From Mizuhopecten yessoensis (taxonomy: Eukaryota): DNA of 64,000 nucleotides. The stretch covers positions 1,176,968 through 1,240,967 of the forward strand of contig NW_018405338.1 in assembly GCF_002113885.1 (NCBI RefSeq), in the 5' to 3' direction. The notes beneath the pieces were generated by a model. The model worked only from the letters and a program-made list of their open reading frames with translations. It was not told the origin of the DNA and did no database searches. Both the position numbers and the translations under genes were made by a program. Shown one piece after another: positions 55,291 to 64,000 of the stretch (position 1 is the first letter of the stretch; every line of letters begins with the position of its first letter).

Positions 55291-56062
55291 ATATATTTTT
55301 CTTTAAGTCATTAATATTATGTTAAAAGTTAAAAAAAAACTTATCTTTCTCTTGAATCCAGATATAATATACGTATAATTACGTGGCGGAAGATAAAGAA
55401 TGAACCTGTATATTCATCACCCGACAACGGACATACTAATATCCGGAATATACTGCACATTACAACCAGTAATGTTGTTCTTTATAAAATGCACCTGTCC
55501 GTGTTTTAACGTTATGGATATATAACGAAACTTAATTAATTTCTCTAAGTACATAGATACGTATAATATATAGATAAGATATGGACATATAAAGAAACTA
55601 AATTAATTAATATGCATATTAATATTTATTTGTTGGTACTATCAAAACTTCTCAAAATGATCTCCTCCAATTAGCAAAACACAAACACATATTTTTTTAA
55701 TACAACTAATTTTAATGATATGAAAGACTAAGAAGACTTAATTTGTGACTTAAAACAAATAAAAATGAGAAAAAAATACCAAACAATGTTTCGCCCTAAA
55801 AAAATTGTTTGNCTAGGGCGGGGCCCCAAAGGGAACATTTACCAATATTTTCAAATTCTTATCCATTGATGACATGACAAGTATTGTATTTCACTTAGTT
55901 TACATGCTGATTTCCACATCACATCTAAACAATAAAATAAAGCTACCAGTACCTATGATATAACTCAGGTGACCGCTAAGGCCCTTGGGCCTCTTGTTGT
56001 TAGATTAAAGCTTTTTATTGGTAAATACTAATGTTTAAGATGAACAATTTATTTCTTTTCAG

Positions 56063-56147
56063 TATAAGTATGCAGACATTGCCAAAAGAGATGTACTGAA
56101 TGTATTTCAACAATTCAAGGACCTTCGACCAGCTTACAATCCTTACA
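56063..56147 (+). CDS. TSG101: TSG101 exon 2 (UEV domain)
   Basis: TTTCAG|YKYADIAKRDVLNVFQQFKDLRPAYNPY|GTGAGT, 85 bp; resembles TSG101 'YKYRDLT...YKDLKP'. Confidence 0.93.
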
Positions 56148-56485
56148 GTGAGTTAATATATTAAATTTCCTCTTAGTGTTCCCTGTCCCAGGCCACTGCA
56201 CTGTGTTTTTTTGTAAATACAGTAACCTTAGACTCTTTTACTTTACTTCCGTTTAGACATAACTGAAGCACAATTGGGCAAGAATACTTCTGTTGATCTG
56301 GCAGCCCAATCAGTTAGAGCGATATTAAAACAATTTTAAGTCCAGGGTTCGAATCCCAGTCTAGCCCTGCAGATTTTTCTCTCCGCTCAAAATACTGTTA
56401 TTGATTATGATACGTTTCTCTCTATTATTTCTCAACAAAATTCCTACAAGATATGTTTTTCTTTTTGGAAATGATTTATCAAAGC

Positions 56486-56675
56486 TATTCCGTCTTTGCA
56501 TGTTGCAGAGTTATCTTCTCTTGGGAGCAGGTATTGATTGTTACGTCACTTGTTTGTGAGAGTAACGTCATCAATTTTTGAGGAAACAACGTAATTTTCT
56601 CGCACAAACCAATGACGTAACAATCAATACCTGCTCCCAAGAGAAGATAATTCTGCAATACGCAAAGACGGAATA
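56486..56675. mobile_element. MITE family A, full-length copy in TSG101 intron 2
   Basis: Same TIRs and internal sequence as 23313-23502. Confidence 0.85.
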
Positions 56676-57867
56676 GTCATGCAGGAAAATCATTTTCCAA
56701 CACCTAGTTTCAGTCTTTGCCGGTGGTACGGGGATCCTAATGCTAATGATTACATGTGAATTGGGGAAAAAATACATTTTTATTTGTCCCAATGTTTTAT
56801 TTTCTCCTCTCACCTGCATATCACTTCCCCATTGTATTTGTCCTTTTCTCACTCCCGTAGTTTGGGGTTTTTCGGCGGTGTCATCGGATCTTGATGGGCA
56901 CGATCTTCATATATATGACAATAGCATTAGCTGTTGCAAAGATATCAAACCCCTAACACCTAGTGATGGGCTGATGATCGATTATAATCGAAAATTGATT
57001 GGTTTGCCCTTTCTTATTCCAGTTATCGATTTCAAATTCCATAATTGGTATAATCGGTTCATCATTGAAATCAAAGTATTCAAATGTCTTCCATGTAAAG
57101 TATGCTTTGAAAGTCACATTTTGTTATGATTTATACTGTATGTTTGATAACAATGCATAAAGGTTTCTTGATATCTATTCCTTATAAAAGAATGAAACCT
57201 TGTGTATAGTGAACAACTCTGTCTGATGTAACAGTAGTGTGTTCTCATGACTTCATTTGGGTATTCAGTCCCATAAAATTATGAAAAGATTATGCTATCG
57301 ATCATCAATCAGCTAGCTAACTGATTCCAATTACAAATCGATTATGATATTAAAGTGAATGCCCGTCCCTACTAACAACAAAACAAAACTGTCCTTGCAA
57401 CAGTTTATTCCCAGACATCACCGATCAGCTCATTGTTAGATTAATGTGGCCGAGTCGATGGAATGTCGAGGTCCTGACATTTCAGTGTGACGTCACAGCA
57501 CTCTTATGTGGCCATTGGAGTTGAGTGGCCATGTAAACATGCCATTCACCCCTAAATTCACATTTGAACATTATCAGATCAAAGATTGGGCAAGTCCAAT
57601 GTAAAAATCTAGAGGTGAATGAGTTAAAATTTGTAATTGTTGCAAAGATGTAAAACAAGAATCTATCTCTCAAAGTTGGTCCCGTAAATATATTGCATCC
57701 CTAAAAAATTCAAAATGACATCCAATTTTGTCTTAAATTATTGCAAATTGTTATCATAAACTTATGATTAAGGTTTTGTAAAAATCAGAAAAACAGTTAA
57801 TGGACATATGATAATGAATTTTAAGATGTACCTCTTAGTATATTTTATATATTTTCACTTTTTGCAG

Positions 57868-57933
57868 TTTTCAATGATGGGTCGAAAAAGGAGCTCTTGA
57901 ATTTGGACGGGACTATTCCTGTATCATACAGAA
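57868..57933 (+). CDS. TSG101: TSG101 exon 3 (UEV domain)
   Basis: TTGCAG|(I)FNDGSKKELLNLDGTIPVSYR|GTAAGT, 66 bp; conserved 'FNDGS..EL.NL.GTIPV.YR'. Confidence 0.95.
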
Positions 57934-58217
57934 GTAAGTATATCAGTATGATTTGATGCAAAAGTGTTATTCATTTTAAAAAGATACAGGTTTTAGATTT
58001 CAAAACTATTGGATTGTAGCATTTGCATTCCAAAATTCAATCTGTATCCCTGAAATAAATCTGACCTAATTGCTAATTAACATACTTTAGCTACATGTTT
58101 CAGTTAATAGTAAAACATTGACTGACACTGAAGACAAGTGGTGAAGTCCCAGAAGTTATCAAGTATCTTGAAATAGACATTGTTTAATATTTAATAGAAT
58201 CATTCATGGTACTTCAT

Positions 58218-58575
58218 ATCCTCGATATCCAGGGGTTATGCTCACCTTCGCTTTCTACACCCCTGGAATATGTCATAGCAAAATTGAAGGCACAACCGGG
58301 ATAGCTGTTTGATTGGTCTCGGTTAAAAAACAACTGACCAATTGCTAGGCTGATACCTGTCCTTCGAAGATTACAAAGGAGAGTCGCCCGACCTCAAAGC
58401 CTGTCAATTTTTACCATTACGTTTACTGCGAGATTCTTTCTTACATCAAAGGATTGAACTAGTCTTCGTGTCTCACCAACAAGGTGGCGCACACGCACCG
58501 AGCCTTCAATTTTGCTATGACATATTCCAGGGGTGTAGAGAGCAAAGGTGAGCGTAACCCCTGGATATCGAGGAT
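58218..58575. mobile_element. MITE with ~70-bp TIRs (TSG101 intron 3); partial second copy at ~62527-62625
   Basis: ATCCTCGATATCCAGGGGTTATGCTCACCTT...AAAATTGAAGGC / GCCTTCAATTTT...CCCCTGGATATCGAGGAT. Confidence 0.88.
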
Positions 58576-59530
58576 GAGTACTAACTACTTCATAAAGACC
58601 AAGATGCCAAGTTTCTTATTACGTGTATGATTCAATGATAAGTATAGAAGTAAGGTAAAAAAGTGTTCTGTAAAAAATAGTCCGTAATATTTTCATATGT
58701 TATCAAACACGAAAAACATAAAAGTAAGTTGTTGGTCAAGGTCTGGTCTACAAAATTTCGATGTGTCTGTAATCTCTTACCCTGGACAGGTACCGGTGAA
58801 CTTACACTTTTTTTCCAGTGTGCGTTATCCTTGACTCGCCCTAGGGTTGAGTCGCCACAGGGGGATTCCCCTATATATATATTCATAACAATTGTATGAC
58901 TTCACGTCAACAATAATGACGTCACGCTAATAATGCATCATCATTACATCAACCCTGCATTTAGCCTGCAATATTAGCATTACATATAATGTATATGATG
59001 CACAATGGCTGAACAGGGTAACTTAAGAGTTTAAGAATCATTCGCCCCCTTTGGGGTGAGATAGGGACCGAACCATAACACTCGGGGAAGATTCTTAAAT
59101 AGCCACACACTCGGCTAAGCCTTATGTTTGGCAACTTAAGAATCATCCCCCTCGGGTTAAGATACCCCTATCTCACCCCAAACGGGCCGAGGGATTCTAT
59201 TGATCTCACAGACCTTTTGTCTGTGCATACTTGCCAACTCTCCCTATTATGGAGGGGGACTCCAGATTTTGGACCCTAACATTAAGCATTTTCAACTAGT
59301 GAATTTGTTCCTCTATTCCTATCTTCTAAGATCTGATGATTTCATTAATTGAAAGAACAGCTCAAAAGGTGCCATTTAAAAGCGGTATTTTTTCCCTTGA
59401 GTGTACATACACATATTATATTTATGCTGTTAATTTGTACTTAATTCTGAGCATGCGTAATCACCCCGATGGAAATTTCAAAAAGTTGGCAAGTTTGTCT
59501 ATGGTGTGTAATTTCTAAATTCTAAGACTG

Positions 59531-59855
59531 ATAACATTGTTTGTCCGTGTTTTTACAGATGTTACCTATAACATTGGGTGTCTGTGTTTACAGATGTTAC
59601 CTATAACATTGGTTGTCTGTGTTTACAGGTGTTATCTATAACATTGGGTGTCCGTGTGTTTACAGATGTTACCAATAACATTGTTTGTCCGTTTGTTTAC
59701 AGATGTTAGCTATAACATTGGGTGTTTGTGTTTACAGGTGTTACCTATACCATTGGGTGTCTGTGTGTACAGGTGTTACCTATACCATTGGGTGTCTGTG
59801 TTTTCAGGTGTTACCTATAACATTGGGTGTCTGTGTTTACAGGTGTTACCTATAA
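59531..59855 (+). repeat. 35-37-bp tandem repeat of the TSG101 intron 3/exon 4 junction (9 acceptor copies)
   Basis: Unit RTGTTACCTATAACATTGGGTGTCTGTGTTTACAG; the last unit runs directly into coding exon 4. Confidence 0.95.
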
Positions 59856-60006
59856 TATCCCAGTGTGTATCTGGATCCTGGACACGCACCCCTACAATCC
59901 TCCAATGGTCTTTGTCAAACCTACAACCAGCATGCAGATCAAACAGGGGAGAAATGTCGACGCCAACGGCAAAGTGGATCTGCCCTATCTCCGCGACTGG
60001 AGATAT
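59843..60006 (+). CDS. TSG101: TSG101 exon 4 (UEV domain)
   Basis: 164 bp; (S)VTYNIPVCIWILDTHPYNPPMVFVKPTTSMQIKQGRNVDANGKVDLPYLRDWRY|GTAAGC, a highly characteristic TSG101/Vps23 UEV sequence. Confidence 0.96.
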
Positions 60007-60060
60007 GTAAGCGTCACTGCATCGTTACATATCCAATACATTTCAAAATTTTCCCATTTT

Positions 60061-60795
60061 ATTTTTTATACGCCCGTCAAATTTGACGGGAGTATTATGG
60101 TATGGCGTCGTCCGTCCATCCGGCGTAAACTTTTGTTTGTCCGGCAATCTCCTCCTACATTTTTGACAAATCTCTTTGAAACTTGGTATACATTATAATC
60201 ATGATATGAAGTTGAGTCTCCCATAAAAGAATTTTGATTCAACGATTTTTGCAAAAGTTATTGCCCTTTGTTCATTTCAGTATTTGATTTTTGTCCGGCA
60301 ATCTCCTCTTACATTTTTGTCCGTCCGTCAACTTTTTCTTTTGAACGACTTCTTCTGAAGAACCGGAGGACCTAGGGTCATGGCATTTGGCCAGTAGGTA
60401 CCTGGGAAAGAGTAAAAATGACCTTGACCTACTTTCAAGGTCACAGGGGTCAAATATGTTTAAAAAGAACCACAAAGTAGCAGAAGTGAGACTAAAGTGT
60501 TGCTTTTCCAACAGCAGCGGCGGCAGCGACGCCAACATTAAGTTTTTGCGTTTAACTTAGTTTCGCTGAAAGTATAAGTGCTAGCCCAACCAAACTTTGA
60601 CCATAGATGCATCTTAGGTAGTAAATCACAACCCATGCATTAAATACTTGATGCGGCCTCAACCTTTCATGGTCCATTGACTTTGTCAGCATCTTCATTA
60701 ACAATGACGTTTGCGTTTAACTTAGTTTCGCTGATATGTGCATTGATGGTCAAAGCAGGGCACAGGCGAGACATATCAATCTGAATGGTTTGTTT
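60061..60795 (+). mobile_element. HINE/Helentron-like non-autonomous element(s) (TSG101 intron 4)
   Basis: T-rich start, stem-loop CCCGTCAAATTTGACGGG, GTCC microsatellite, GACCTTGACCT..TTTCAAGGTC motif. Related GGAC-microsatellite ends at ~7270-7360, ~27610-27680 and ~48690-48770, and a typical 3' end (GGCCCTTGGGCCTCTTGTT) at ~55980-55998. Confidence 0.65.
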
Positions 60796-61033
60796 AAATT
60801 TATGTATAACTACATGTAGATTCAAATGTGAAATAGTATATCAGAAATGGGGTTGGGGAAGTGATTGGGACCCAGTGGTCTCTTGATTTCAACTTTCGTC
60901 AAGATCTTCTCTAAAATGTTCAAGTTGATTGGATGAATCCTTTGACAAAATTTGTATTGGATTTGTGATCCTTCTGAATTCCAAATCATAATTTTCTTGT
61001 TCTGTGACGTTATTGAATTGCCATATTTTTCAG

Positions 61034-61184
61034 CCTCAATCGGACCTACTTGGATTGATACAGATACTTGTGATTGTATTTAGCGATGATCCTCCAGTAT
61101 TTTCCCGGGGTCAGGCTCAGGCACAGCGACAGCAGCAGCAATACTCCCAACAACAGCCATCCAACCTTCCATACCCCTCACAAG
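61034..61184 (+). CDS. TSG101: TSG101 exon 5 (end of UEV, start of Pro/Gln-rich region); gene continues past window end
   Basis: TTTCAG|PQSDLLGLIQILVIVFSDDPPVFSRGQAQAQRQQQQYSQQQPSNLPYPSQ(G)|GTATAC, 151 bp. Confidence 0.93.
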
Positions 61185-61247
61185 GTATACAATAATATAT
61201 ATAAACACAACAGTATCGCTAATGAAACGATTCTTGTAACACAACCA

Positions 61248-61511
61248 GTAAGTGTTTCTATGTAACGTTTCGATGACTAGTACTGTATGTACTCTGTCAC
61301 CTTCATCAGACAAATGGCCAGTGAAGCGTATGTACACAAAGGTGTAAGAGCTGTCCACAAATCGATGTTGATTCGGCTACACTTTAAGGGTATGTTCAAT
61401 TAGTTTCAACCGATATGACTTGTGTACATACATTTTAATGGTCATATGTCTGATGAAGGCGACAGAGTACATACTGGACTAGTCGTCGTAACGTCACATA
61501 GAAACACTTAC
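61248..61511. mobile_element. MITE with ~70-bp imperfect TIRs (TSG101 intron 5)
   Basis: GTAAGTGTTTCTATGT...GTACTCTGTCACCTTCATCAGACA / TGTCTGATGAAGGCGACAGAGTAC...ACATAGAAACACTTAC. Confidence 0.8.
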
Positions 61512-61709
61512 CAATCGGAAGAAAATGTTTAGAAATAACAGTATCACTTAAATGTTTGGTATATAACACCATGTCTTAAGGCAGAGAGACCCTGTGATTT
61601 TATTTGTTAGCCACTAAGGGAGAAAACATAACCAATCATTTGTCAGGTGATGTCAGTGTTGGTATTTACGTAGAATTTCTGTCATAAATTTATTTGTATC
61701 AAATTATGT

Positions 61710-61890
61710 AGAGGTAAGTATTTTTGTCATATCTCTCGAGTCCCTTCACATGCGCCAATGTAACAGAGGTAAGTATTTTTGTCATATCTCTCGAGTCCCT
61801 ACGCGTGCGCCAATGTAACAGAGGTAAGTACTTTTGTCATATCTCTCGAGTCCCTACGTGTGCGCCAATGTAACAGAGGTAATTATTTTT
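61710..61890. repeat. 55-bp tandem repeat, ~3.3 copies
   Basis: AGAGGTAAGTATTTTTGTCATATCTCTCGAGTCCCT...TGCGCCAATGTAAC. Confidence 0.92.
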
Positions 61891-63245
61891 TTCAATGCCT
61901 CCGCCAAGGGTCGAACCTACACTCTACGGAATGAGCTAATGGGAAATTCTCCCTCGCCAAGTCGGTAGGAAGCGGCTAGTATTTTACCAGGGTGACACAT
62001 GTATACTAATAAAACTAACATTTACGGAATCCTTGGTGGTGATGCTCCATCACTTACCTATTTGTATCAAACTGGAAGAAACAAACCATGATAAAACTGC
62101 CATTTACATTTCCACAAATTTATCTGGTCCAGTTCCCTCATTGGTCTAAGGGAGACAACTCAACCAATCTATTGCCAAGTGAGATCAGTGTTGGCAAAAT
62201 CACTGTCAAAAATGTCTTTGTAGCAAATTCCAAGAAAGAAAATAGGACCAAGGAGAAATAAGAAGGAGGCAACCCTGTTGTGACTCTGAAACAGGATGAA
62301 GTTGACACTGATGAACTGTGGCAACAGATCAATTGCTACAGCAGCTGATTCTGCAGTTATTTCAGATGATAAGTCAAACAAAGAAATGCTTTTGTACAAA
62401 AACATTAGTCCTAGTAGTGGCATTTATACCAGAACTGCTTGATGTAATGAGGCCAGGAATTTCAAGAATTTTTATATAAAGAATGTAACGTAGAGGGCTG
62501 GCTGATGACAATGTTTTGGGAAACCACATCCTCAATACTCCAGGGGTTACTCTCACTTACGCTCTCTGCATCCCTGGAAAATGTCACAGCAAAATAGAAG
62601 GCATGATTCTAGTTCTTTGATTGGTCACCTACTTTTTCTCTGAGTTACCATAGAGCGCACTCTTCAACAAACTTTATATTTCACCTAAAGATGTATTACA
62701 GGTGCCTACACATTATCCTTTGATATTAAGTTTGTTCAAGCATGCGCTCTATAGTTTCTAGGAGAAAAACTATGCAAAATATCACAATATTCATTGAATA
62801 TTCATTTTTTTCTAATTTATGCAAATTTGAACTTGTTACCATGGCAACAATAATTAGAAATATAAATAAATGTTTTCATGATAGTATTTGGGAAGTATTC
62901 TAAGTTAAAGAAACAGTCATTTCAAAGTTCATTTAAAGGTTTTGAATTTTGATGCATTTGCGGGGGCAAAACAGGCCCAAACCATATATAGTCCTTTCAG
63001 GGGTGAATGAGTTACACTTAGAAGAGTCACTGGTCTGGGTTCTTTAGTGATACTTTAAGAATGCAGCAGAACTTTTCAAAATAATAAAGGGATTTTTTTT
63101 TTTTTGATGAAGCCATGTTTCACTGCACCATGCAACTGAAGAAATTCCACGTAAAGTTTCATGCACTTAACTTTCATTGCTTTCTAGCTATAGGAGCTTG
63201 GTTAGAAGGACAAATCTCTCTGAGGAGGGTCCAGAAGTTGACATG

Positions 63246-63848
63246 TACTGTAAAACATAATATTTCGTAGGGGATTTAATTTTGCTTATTTGGTGGTTTT
63301 ATAAAAACCATGAACTACAATTCCAACAAAATTTTAAACATATAAACTAAAAGGAAATATTGAATAAACTATTGATTTTATTACAAATCCATGGTGTATT
63401 TACATTTAGACACAAGTCATGATAAACGGTGTAATTATCGTCACAGACACAGAGGTAAACACTTATAACAACAGCTTGTCAATCAAGCGTTATATTTGTA
63501 ACACAGTTATTGTTATACAGGTAACGTCAGCACCTGTCAAGGTACATGTACGTCTATGTGAGTCTAAAAAGTATACATTATGTGTATATCGCTCTTTGTA
63601 TACATATATAAGCTATAGAGCGTGAAGGATTTGACCGATACCCATCGAGTGAGTAAATCTCATCCGATCTTACCTGTACTATATTTACCTGCACTGTGTC
63701 GTCACACCTGTCAATTTAAACTTCTTACCTACCAGAAAAAAAGGCTGGGTTTTAAAATATTGATTCCACGAAATATAATTCCAACAAATTTGTCCCTATA
63801 CAAAAACAACCGAATTTAACCCCAGTGAAAATATATGCTTTTACAGTA
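63246..63848. mobile_element. Tc1/mariner-type non-autonomous element (TA-flanked)
   Basis: TACTGTAAAA ... TTTTACAGTA termini with degenerate subterminal inverted motifs. Confidence 0.6.
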
Positions 63849-64000
63849 TGCACTTTATCGCCTCAGCATGGTTTAAAGCATATCTTTTTCTATTGGCAGT
63901 TTTTGTTTTTCATTCTTGATCTATTGTGTTGACTGTTGAAACAGATGATAATTTGATAAATTCAAAATCCAATATGATTTCAGGAGGCTTTCAGATGCCA

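Noticed and set aside
59648-60010. 120-aa ORF overlapping TSG101 exon 4 in another frame
   Set aside because: Begins in the tandem repeat and is a shifted-frame reading of the exon; no independent evidence.

Overview
AT-rich, repeat-dense animal genomic DNA; the repeat families suggest a bivalve mollusc (inference). There is one assembly gap (N 7840-8458). Three protein-coding genes can be reconstructed by hand from splice signals. (1) A minus-strand multi-exon gene (ATG 28744; 7 coding exons traced to 1271; 3' end probably beyond the window start) encodes signal peptide + LRRNT + 3 LRRs + LRRCT + a 12-Cys Ly6/uPAR (three-finger)-like domain. (2) A class A peptide-type GPCR with an uninterrupted 457-aa CDS (10737-12110, minus) appears nested on the SAME strand inside the ~15.4-kb intron that splits the Ly6-like domain of gene 1. 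(3) The first five exons of TSG101 lie on the plus strand (from 54974). Its exon-4 acceptor has been tandemly amplified into nine 35-37 bp copies, and only the last gives an intact protein. The remainder is minisatellites, MITEs, tRNA-derived SINEs and HINE/Helentron-like elements. Most ORFs in the supplied track are spurious.
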